Source: Nemertoderma westbladi (lineage: Eukaryota; Animalia; Xenacoelomorpha). Taken from it: a stretch of 64,000 nucleotides of DNA. Below, in pieces: positions 49,521-59,079 of the stretch. The notes under the pieces are model-generated. The model searched no databases, had not been told where the DNA came from, and was given only the letters and a program-made list of their open reading frames with translations. The DNA lies in assembly GCA_032718475.1 (NCBI GenBank), contig JAUCBJ010002659.1:62001-126000 (forward strand). The letters run 5' to 3'. Numbering within the stretch: the first letter of the stretch is position 1; each line of letters begins with the position of its first letter. Both the position numbers and the translations under genes were made by a program.

Positions 49521-51654
49521 TTTATATAATCTATGGATGTTAAACACATATACAAGTATATAATAATATTATAAATTAGCCTACCGGCTAATTCTGTACC
49601 AATAAGTGGGATAGCGGTATACGCTATCAAAAAATAGATCAACAAGTACGAATAATAAGACAAACAACAGCAACGACTAGGGGAAATATAATACCAATAA
49701 ATGCATAATTTTAGACAGCGGAACCCACGAATGTTGAGTAATACTATGCTCTAAGTTTAAACGACACGAGTCGTAAAACTTACACTCCTTTGAACTTCCA
49801 GTTGTACAGATCCCCAGATACAAACCAGACGAGAACTGTTCCGTTTCCAGCGTCACGGACGAATCCTTTACCTCCCAAACTAGCTGAAAAACGGCCTGAT
49901 CCCCAAGGCGATCCAGAAATGAGTCATTGTGTCCTGAAAAATCGAAGGTGAGAGTTTTACGGCCTACTCTACAAAATAAATTCAAAGGTACCACCCATAC
50001 TAATTCGTCTTTAAACCCTAAGTACCTTCTCGAGTACCAAAAAAAATAACACCACACACACACACAGCCTTAAGACAAAATTTAGTTACAAATTAACGTA
50101 TAGCTAATCAAATACAAACTGTTATACAATTACGTAAATAAACATCGTTCACTGTAAAATCCAGTAACTGTTGTACAATATCTACTGTAAAATCCCAGCA
50201 TAACCATGCCTTAAAATAGATACTAAAGTACACAAACTACTACTGGCGAGATCGGTGCCTGATGTCTTCTACTGAACTTGGGCGAATCAATTGCCTGGGC
50301 TAACTCGACAATCAGGGTGACTGGTCCCTAACTGGTGAGGCAGAAGTACAGTCAACAAAAAGGACCAAACTCGTGAGAAAAGATTCCCCATGTAGCAAAT
50401 CCTAACTACCGTTAATAGCCCTAAACTATGGTAGACTTGCCACGGTGTGATTTATATGGGTATAACAAACCAGTGGGTTGACAACGCTAGTGTAAAACAA
50501 TACTGCCAATCCAGAAAGCAGTCAAAAGGGTGGTATAAATATCAGTAGAATAACAATCTTAAGACGCGTGTGTGTGTGTATGTGTAAATTTCAGTTAATG
50601 TGATCTCTACTAGGTTTTGGTGACTTTTAACAAAATACATCAGGCATAAGCTACTGAAATAAGCTAGTCGCTCTCTGTAGGTGTAATAATACTTACAAAC
50701 TGACGTCAAAGAAAAAAAGCTGTCTCCTCCTATGTTCACAACTCGATCGGGCAAGTACAGTGTCAGTAACTACACCCGTAATCGGCACTTTATACCAGAC
50801 TCTGATTGTGAAAATAGAGAATAGGGTGTTAATTGCTACCGTACCGCTATGTATCTGATCTGGTATGAAATTTTAATCTATAACTTTGTTGCCGTGGTGG
50901 TATGCAGCAAATATCTAGCAGTACGTAGCAAGGGCCGGCAATATGTTAGTAAACGTCCTTAGCCTAAATGGTGTGCCAGTAACAGAAAGCTACCCTTTAC
51001 CTGAGCAAATACGTCAAACCCAGACAGATCAGTTGAAAGCAAAGCCTACAGCGCTAACTGGTACTGAATCGCTAGTACGATAAAGTCACCAAATTATAGT
51101 GTGCTATTTGCACCTAGTGTACCTGTGCGTACGAACAAACAGCACCAGCTCGCACCTGTGAACGATGCAGGTCAACCATGGGGTTTCTGTCTAGATCCGA
51201 GATATTTTACTCCTACATTTTACAGCGTCCCAGGACGTCGTCACACTTTACCCTGATCTAAGGTCTTAGGGTGGATAAAGGCGTCAAACAAAGTCTTACC
51301 TCTGGCATGGGCACTCTCAGGCTCTCGAATCATGGTCTAAGTGCGCGCGTGCGAATAGTTCGCTTATGCGAACTATTATCCCTTATGCGTTGCGGGCATT
51401 CCTCCCCCTTGCACTGCTGTAGCCTAAAGGTTTAGACAGCCATCCCTCTAATGTCGGCTGTTTTCAAGATATGCTAACATATTTTGATTTTTCAATATAT
51501 TTTAACGTAAGCAAATGATTTAACAAATTTATACTACTATTAGTATTACAAGTGAGATAAGTTTTACAAACAGTTAGATTAGACTAAAACTAAACAAGTG
51601 AAGATTAGATAGTTTACAACTAAGAAGAAGGGGTAGATAACTGAAGGGCAAAGG

Positions 51655-51830
51655 GTACCTTTTATAGTAAAGCTGGGGTGTGGAATCGCACTAGAACCTT
51701 CTACAACATTCTATGAGCTCACATTGGTCCAATAACTTATTTAGCACATCCTATCGGTCCAGCTAATCAGTTCTACTAAGTGTACGCACAATATTGGTTC
51801 AACTAATGCTGTACAGATGGGCGGTATATA
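51655..51830 (-). promoter_or_regulatory. LTR U3 Pol II promoter (TATA, CCAAT and GC boxes)
   Basis: Minus-strand TATAAAAG near 51659-51666; ATTGG/CCAAT at ~51723-51733 and ~51794; GGGCGG at ~51818. Confidence 0.55.
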
Positions 51831-51865
51831 CGAAATTGAAATAAATCATTACAAAAAATACAAAT

Positions 51866-51939
51866 GTTACCAATAGGGATTTGAACTCGCGACCTAATAT
51901 ATGCACGACTTACGCGTTAACCTACTAGGCTATTGGACC
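51866..51939 (-). ncRNA. Second, more degenerate tRNA-like Pol III unit inside LTR U3
   Basis: GGTCCAATAGCCTAGTAGGTTAACGCG...AGGTCGCGAGTTCAAATCCCTATTGG. A box TAGCCTAGTAGG, B box AGTTCAAATCC, T6 at 51853-51858. Stems imperfect. Confidence 0.55.
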
Positions 51940-52203
51940 AGTCGATGTAAGTATGTCAAAATATGTTTGATATAGCAAATATATAGTTTTTTTAAATAAA
52001 TCGTAACAGCAAGGCAAATATATCGAAAATTTTGAATTTTTTACGTAAAATCAGTGTACAAATAGCTATCTAAAGGAAATAATTCCACATACACCCACCA
52101 CCACAAATTTGGTTGGAGTGTACAGTACGCATACTGCACTAGAGCCTTTTTTGCATTTATTAGTCTAATATAGATTTGTTAATCCAAGTGCAGCACTCAT
52201 AAA

Positions 52204-54471
52204 ATGATACTTTTCATTATATTAAATGTGAACTTATATATTTTGGTGAGCAGTTTAGATCCATTGTATCTTTGTGATAAATCGAAACCAACGGGTGACT
52301 TCTACACTATAGCTGACGCACCGGAATGCGAAAAGGACACAAATGTCAGCGACTTCCAAGACCATAAAATCAGTGTCTATTACCCTTATGTTCCAAGGCC
52401 GCTGTTTAAAATTGAAGGCTATGTTTGCATTCTAACTCAAAATAGTAAAGTTACAAATTGTAATGCTGATGGGCTTTGGGAACAGATGAAAGGGTGGCAC
52501 GACAAAGATATCGTTCAGAAGTCATGTACAACCGCTAATACTGCTAGAAACAAGTTACAAATTGGTATGGATGAATGCGTGGAGTGGATGGAAGCTAAAG
52601 ACTGTAAAGCATCAATGAAAAGGTATCCGGAAATAGATCCAGAAAATAGTGAAACCAGAATGAAGGCTACTGTTCCACAGGGACCCTTCAACACGCAACT
52701 AACTAAAAAAGATGGTAGTTCTACCTGGTCTACTCATAACGGGATGGCTACAGGCATAGAGGAAGCCATGGTGGTGCATATAGGAGAATGTGAGATGCAA
52801 TGGATTTCTATAACTCTTACCCCAGACCCTGAAGAAATCGGGCAAATAAATATGATATGCCAAACCATGGATGATAGTTACGATTGCACAAATTGCAAGC
52901 TTGAAGATAATAAGTGCGAACTTACTGCATATTATGCACTTGTGTGGGATGCATTGTCAGTCCAATTAAAGGTGGGGGATATTAATAAACTTTACCAACG
53001 TGTTGTCAATGTCGAGAAAGATACAAGGGCTGCCATTGTTTTTGACAAAGATAGGTTTCCAGTCAAAATTACCATACCGGATATGTCTATGGCATTTAAC
53101 CCTAAAAAAGCAACGTTTCGAGAGATAACTTCAACAAATGACAAAGACGGAAGACATTGCGAAGGTTACGAAAAAGAAACAGATGTTGGGGTAATTGAAG
53201 ATGAAGAAATATGTTATGTTGATTTGGAATCTAAGAGAGTCTACGTATTTGAAGTAAAAAAAGAAGAATTACAAACGGAAAAAGTAGCTAAAATGAAGGA
53301 GGGAATCAATGCACAACGAACCGGTCAGACTGAACGAAAAAGAAGAAGAAGACAATCAGTTGAAGATTACAATAATCGATTGATCTACCTAGCTGACAGA
53401 TTGACGGCCGTATTGAGACAAACCAAACTAGATTTGGTATATCAAACGTGTTTGCGTCGTCAAGATGAGTACGCCATGTGGAATATGTTGGCAGAAATCA
53501 ATCCGGAAGTTGTCATGAAAGCCTTCCATATCGCTGGTTCGGGTCGTTATGTCGGCAATTTTATCGCATCGCATCTTTGCCAAAAAATAACAGATTACAC
53601 CGTGGTAGACAGTTTAATGATGGAGGAATCAGATAAAACGATCGATAAGCAAAGTGATGATACAGTCAATAATGCCACCAACTCTACAGGAAACACTAAC
53701 AATTCTGATGAAAATTGGAATAGAGCATATTGGAAAGAAATTGGCTATGAGGGTGCAGACAGGCCGAAATGCGCAAACAGACCTATAATATTGTGGAATA
53801 ATACAAAATACCAATTAGGAATAGACGGCCATCCTACCTATGATCTAATTGAACTCACCAACTGCCAGGAAAAGAATGTTAAATTCCACTTTAAGATAGG
53901 GGGCACGATTTTTACCTACATCAACTACACGAAATACCATATATCTCAATCATTTCCGAAGATTCAACCAAACGAGCCATTCAAATTTACGCATTCATCG
54001 CCGGTGAAGTTTAAAAGCATCCCGGATGTTTACAACCACCGTTCTGGACAAAGTGACCTACAGGCTTTGCGGAATAGTAGAGCAAAGATTTGGACAAAAA
54101 GACAACAAGTAAATAAATATTATTATCAGATTCGAAAAAATAATTCTGAACAAAACAGAGAGCTGGATCCTTATGACATGAGTTTATCGGGAATGCTGAA
54201 AGGCGTCGTCAGTACTATTTTCGATAGCTTTGCATACAAATTGTTGGAATATATTACAGGAGATTTCGCCCAGAAAGTGGTGCTAGTCTTTTTGTTGACG
54301 GGTTGCGTTTGTGGATGGATGGGGTTTGCGTTCATGATACTGGATCTTCTTGTTGAGTTTGGGTGTATCGGCAAGAAGGATCTAGGGAAGAAGAAGAAGA
54401 AACCGGTATCGAAGTTGTTCGAGAAAAAGAACAATAAAGTTAAACAATCATCTGTCTATGTAGCAGGATGA
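52204..54471 (+). CDS. Viral-type envelope fusion glycoprotein, herpesvirus gB-like (class III), 755 aa, intact and intronless
   Basis: Signal peptide MILFIILNVNLYILVSS; Cys-rich ectodomain; furin site RKRRRR. gB domain III/IV-like motifs TCLRRQDEYAMWNMLAEINPE..GRYVGNFIASHLC, CANRPII..YQLGIDG..TNC..FHFKIGGTIFTYINY. Several N-glycosylation sequons, C-terminal TM helix and basic tail. Confidence 0.85.
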   Translation: MILFIILNVNLYILVSSLDPLYLCDKSKPTGDFYTIADAPECEKDTNVSDFQDHKISVYYPYVPRPLFKIEGYVCILTQNSKVTNCNADGLWEQMKGWHDKDIVQKSCTTANTARNKLQIGMDECVEWMEAKDCKASMKRYPEIDPENSETRMKATVPQGPFNTQLTKKDGSSTWSTHNGMATGIEEAMVVHIGECEMQWISITLTPDPEEIGQINMICQTMDDSYDCTNCKLEDNKCELTAYYALVWDALSVQLKVGDINKLYQRVVNVEKDTRAAIVFDKDRFPVKITIPDMSMAFNPKKATFREITSTNDKDGRHCEGYEKETDVGVIEDEEICYVDLESKRVYVFEVKKEELQTEKVAKMKEGINAQRTGQTERKRRRRQSVEDYNNRLIYLADRLTAVLRQTKLDLVYQTCLRRQDEYAMWNMLAEINPEVVMKAFHIAGSGRYVGNFIASHLCQKITDYTVVDSLMMEESDKTIDKQSDDTVNNATNSTGNTNNSDENWNRAYWKEIGYEGADRPKCANRPIILWNNTKYQLGIDGHPTYDLIELTNCQEKNVKFHFKIGGTIFTYINYTKYHISQSFPKIQPNEPFKFTHSSPVKFKSIPDVYNHRSGQSDLQALRNSRAKIWTKRQQVNKYYYQIRKNNSEQNRELDPYDMSLSGMLKGVVSTIFDSFAYKLLEYITGDFAQKVVLVFLLTGCVCGWMGFAFMILDLLVEFGCIGKKDLGKKKKKPVSKLFEKKNNKVKQSSVYVAG

Positions 54472-54849
54472 GAACCGAAAAGTGAAGGCCAGATGGAATA
54501 GAACCTGCAATCTTTATACAACCTCTATGCAACATATGTAACATATGGAGATTCTGTATCGATTTTATAGTATAATCATTAGGTGTGGAACATTTTTATT
54601 GTAGACATAAATAAGTACCAAACCGAATCATTTTCGAATCATAGCGAATCATTTTCTAGACCAGTGGATACTATAATTTACCAACTGTAATTGAGAGAAT
54701 GTTATCAGTATGCCTTGGGCCTTCAGTATAATAAAAGTATTTTATGTTGTGTTATGAACCTTCTTAATTCATTACCATTAATTTATTACCATTAATTTAT
54801 TACCATTGCCATGTATGTATTTCCAGTTGTACAAAATACTTTAATATAA

Positions 54850-55360
54850 TAATAATTTATGTGCCTGGGTGAATGGAGGGGATGTTGCTCCCTGATATAT
54901 GTACCATCCACGGACCTGGTGTCTTCAGCAGTTAGAGCCAAGAGTGGGCTGTCATAGAGCAGAACCGGCTCATCTGCTACATAGAAAGCCGCACCTTTAA
55001 AGAGCACGAGATATCAAGTCTCTTCCAGATCCTGAATAGCTAGTAGTTTGTGGAAGTTACTGCAGAAGTTCTATAGAGGTCTTTAAATACCACGGTTTAA
55101 ATATATTGTATACAAATTTATAACAGATAAAAGGAAATTTCCTTTTGTATATCTGTATAATTTGAATAGCTTGTGCATTCCAGACCGGGCTTTCCCTTTG
55201 CGATTACGGAGATCTTCAATGTAGGAGAATTCATTCACATGACTTATACCAGTCCATCCAGCGATTGAATGTTATAACGGTCAATTTTCTTCTGTCTGAG
55301 TTCATATTTTCTGTCAGAATTTTGATCTGTCAAATTCACAAAGATCCACATAGAAAGTTG
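54850..55360 (-). pseudogene. Highly degenerate RTE-type LINE 3' remnant
   Basis: PVLLY..LALTAEDTRSVDGTY and EDLRNRKGKA motifs homologous to the RTE at 57700-57930. Confidence 0.6.
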
Positions 55361-55627
55361 CGAGCCCAGGGGCTATGAGCAATTGCCTCTGTTAAGCTAA
55401 CAGAGAAGATTTGTTCGCTGATAATTTTAGTCGGTGAGTTATTGGCAATGTTAGTTCTCTGTCTGATAAGTCACTGTTAAAGGGTGAGTTTTACGTTCAC
55501 TGTTAGTTCTCTGTGAACTAACTGAGAACATTTTCCTTAACAGAGGTAAAACCTCTGTTTAGGCTATTAGCAGAAGCACGTGTTAACACACCATGTAATA
55601 TTGCCAACTGTAATATTTAACATTAAC

Positions 55628-58600
55628 ATGTGGCGTGTTCAGTTTGACATAGAAATTGGTAACAGGCGTAAACCAGTATATAATAAGAAGTACAACCCGT
55701 TATCCCAATTACGACAATATGATTTTTTTGAAAGGTTCAGGTTTTATCCTGTTCATTTTGAAGAAATTCTTTCAGTTATTCGTGGTGACATCATGTTAGA
55801 TCCAAAGAAGGGTGTTTCCTGAAATACAGTTGGCTATACTACTACCAGGTACTACGCTGATGGAGGGTATGCCAGAGCTGTTGGAGATTTACATTATCTC
55901 TGGAAATGGATTGTTTTCGGCTGGAACCCAGTTCAAGAAGCGAACTGGAAAGCTATGGACTCATAGTGGACCCAGTGGTCACAAGTCCCAGATAGACCAT
56001 ATCCTGTTTCGTAGGAAATACAGGAGCTCTATACAAGACTGTAATGCATTTACACTACGACCCTTCTCCAGTGATCACTGCCTTATTGTGGTTCAAGGTA
56101 AGACTTAGTCTGCGTGCTAGCAGAACAACGAAATCTGCCTTGCCGCGGCATGACTGGTCCTCTCTGTTGCAACAGCCAAGTGTGAGATCCAGCTTCACAC
56201 TACAGCTGAGCAAGAGGTATGAGGTTCTTGCCTCTGAGGCGGCAGATCACTGTGAGGGCTATACTGCCTTCACAGAGGCAGTTAAGTTAGCAGCTGCAGA
56301 AACAGTTCCTGTATACCCTCGAAACAGGAAACGGGCCCCCTGGACTGACAACAAAATTCAGAAGTGCCGAAATGACCTCTACAAGGCGCAGAAAGAGTCC
56401 CGACTCAAACAGACTACAGCGGCCAAGAATGCAGTAAAGGCTGCATCTAGGTTACTGAACAGGCAGTACTTTGTTAATTTACCGGAGCTAATAAACCAAC
56501 AGGTTGATGCCATCAATCATGCTGACGACATCACAGGCATGGAGATCGATCAACTTGCTTGCTTGTCGAAAAAGCCAACCAACCACCAAGGTTAAGGCTG
56601 AATCACCAGCCGATCGCCTCAATGGTTGGAAGGCCCACTTTGAAAAGCTCCTCAATAATGACAGGGTATTGCCTGATAACTTTATAGAAGTAAAAGTGTC
56701 TGAGTCTGTACTCCCAGATATTCCCATTGGTGATATCTCCTTTGCAGAAGTGAAGGCTGCTGCAAAGAGCATTAAGACCAATCGTGCCAGTGGAGTAGAT
56801 GGTGTTCCCCCTGAGGTCTTTAAAATACCTGAGTGTTAAAGCTCATCTATCCCATCATAGTAGACATGTACCGAACAACAAGAAATGAAAACAAATAAGT
56901 TGGTGCCAGTTCCCAAGAAGGGCAACCTAACACTCTTTGGTTCTTATCGGGGAATCTCATTGATCTCGATTGCTGCAAAGCTATACAATAGAATTCTATT
57001 AAATCGCATCAGGGATCCCATTGAGAGACTGCTCCGTGGAAATCAGAATGGGTTCCGTAAAGGTCGTGGGACCATGGAGCCCATTTTGGCACTTAGAAGG
57101 ATAATTGAAGAGTTATCAAAAAAGAAAGACAGGCATCTGGCTGTTATCTTTGTTGACTTCTTCAAGGCCTTTAATTTAGTCTCTCGTTCACGTATGTTCA
57201 GCATACTTTCATTATATGGGATTCCTGATGAAATTATTGCAGCAATCAGATCAGTATGCGATGGTTCGACAACATTTGTGTCTACTGTTGACGGTGACAC
57301 ATAACCATTTGAAGTGTTATGGGGCGTCCTCCAGGGAGACACACTTGCACCATTCTTGTTCGTAATTGTTGTTGACTATGTTCTACGCATGTTCTTAGAT
57401 CATCATAATGATGATGGGGTGATGATAACTCCACCTACTGGCTCCAGAAGTCGAGGAATTCCTGCCAAGTACCTAACTGATCTAGACTTTGCTGTTGACT
57501 TAGGAGTACTCTCAGAATCACTAGAGGGAGCCCAATGGCTCCTCAGCTCATTAGAACATGCTGCTTCCAGTGTTGGTCTTTTTATTAACTCCAGAAAGAC
57601 CAAAATTCTGACAGTTAACTTTGAAAGTCCTCAGCAAGTCTCTGATCGGATGAGCATAAGCTCAAAAGATGGTATGCTTGAGCATGTGGATGACTTCTGT
57701 TACCTGGGATCATGGATCCGGAAGTCAGGTGAGGACCTTCGAATACGTAAGGGAAAGGCATGGGCAGCCTTGAATAGGCTCTCCAGGATTTGGAAGTCAC
57801 CGAGAATTAATCGGAAACTTAAGGTCCGATTATTTAGAGCAGCAGTAGTTCCAGTACTCCTCTATGGGAGTCCATGCTGGGCTCTAACTGCTGAGGACAC
57901 CAAATCTCTGGATGGCACATTCACAAGAATGCTACGCCGGGTTCATTGTGTCAAGTACAATGCACACATCTCCAACGGGACACTATATAACATTGGAGGT
58001 GTCTCATTGGTTCCCCCAAGCTTGACACTAGAACAAAATCGCCTCCGCTTTGCAGGACATTGCTTTCGCCGTGAGGACCAGCCAGTGCATAATCTTGTAC
58101 TTTGGCAGCCTCATGGAGTGAATAAGCATGGTGGACAGCCCATGACTTTCTTGAGACGCATCTTAAAGGACACTGGCCTTGAAGATGCGGATAATCTAGC
58201 AAATGTCATGGGTGATAGGGAGTTGTGGCGGAGCAATTTTGTCGATAAGCCGGCACAGCATTCTTAAAAATGCAGCTGCAATGCAGCATGCCGATCCTAG
58301 TAGTAGTACAGCGGCCAAATGCATACATAGGGTGTCCAATGCGTTATACAAACACAAGGATGGGTTCATTACATGGCCTGATACATCCCGCCAAGCCGAG
58401 ATTCAGAAGGAATTTTACGAGTACTCAACGAACCACAGCCAGTATAAAGGAATGCCTGGTACTGTCGGATTGGTTTATGGGACGCACATCAACATTTCAA
58501 CTCCTGTAGATAATGAAAGTGCTTATGTAAATGGACGTAAGAATCGACATACTATAAATACGCAAATTGTATGTGATGCCAAAATGCGTATTTTAGACAT

Positions 58601-59079
58601 TTGTTGTTTCCCAGGCGCTTCGCATGATTCCTTCCTATTACGACAGAGTGGTGTACCTGCGAGATTTCAAGATAACGCTACAGGTTGGTTGTTGGCAGAT
58701 TTGGGGGGGGGGGGGGGTATGGGTTGAAAAAATGGTTGATGACGCCTATTGAGAAGCCACTTACTAGTTCTCAATTGCGGTACAACAGGGCGCATAAGAG
58801 GACGCGGTCGATAGTAGAAAGGGTCAATGGAGTTGTTAAATCTCGATTTCGTTGTCTATCCTTGGAGCGCAAAATACTTGCTTGCGCATGTAAATACATG
58901 CTTGTGCATGTCTACACAATTATGCTATCAGGTGTAATGTACCACTTGTTCCAGTTGATGCACGATATGATGAAGAAGAAATTGCTGATCGTCAATATGA
59001 TGTTCGGGCTACTGTGGAGTACGACATTATTGGTAAAGTTGCACGAGATCGAATTGTGGAGAGATTTTTTCAAGAGTGA
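55628..59079 (+). pseudogene. Harbinger (HARBI1-like DDE) transposase, frameshifted and split by an RTE LINE
   Basis: FFERFRF, PEIQL, RYYADGG..VGDLH | LINE | STAAKCIHRV, GLVYGTHI (catalytic D of DGTH replaced by Y), PGASHDS, LLAD, TRSIVERVNGVVKSRFRCL, RDRIVERFF*. Confidence 0.85.
55901..58305 (+). mobile_element. RTE-clade LINE, 5'-truncated (C-terminal APE plus RT), inserted in Harbinger transposase
   Basis: QIDHILF..SSDH (APE end); VPVPKKG, YRGISL, QNGFR, FVDFFKAF, GVLQGDTLAP, DLDFAVD, YLGS; short (TAG)n tail; several frameshifts. Confidence 0.9.

Larger units (their letters stand above)
49538..52008 (-). mobile_element. Putative long LTR (2471 bp) of the BEL/Pao element
   Basis: Termini TGTTAAACA... 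/ ...ATCGTAACA match 9 bp at each end of the TSD-flanked solo LTR 35621-37536. Same layout (minus-strand TATA 350-500 bp from the U3 end, CCAAT boxes, A-rich tract). Lies just upstream of gag. No TSD. Confidence 0.65.

Noticed and set aside
52009-52030. Polypurine tract or TSD next to the putative LTR
   Set aside because: Flanks ATGGA and GCAAG do not match, and the minus strand upstream of U3 is not purine-rich. This absence lowers confidence in the shared-LTR model.
52204-54471. Integrated herpesvirus genome segment
   Set aside because: No other herpesvirus genes (polymerase, terminase, capsid) nearby; neighbours are retroelement sequences.
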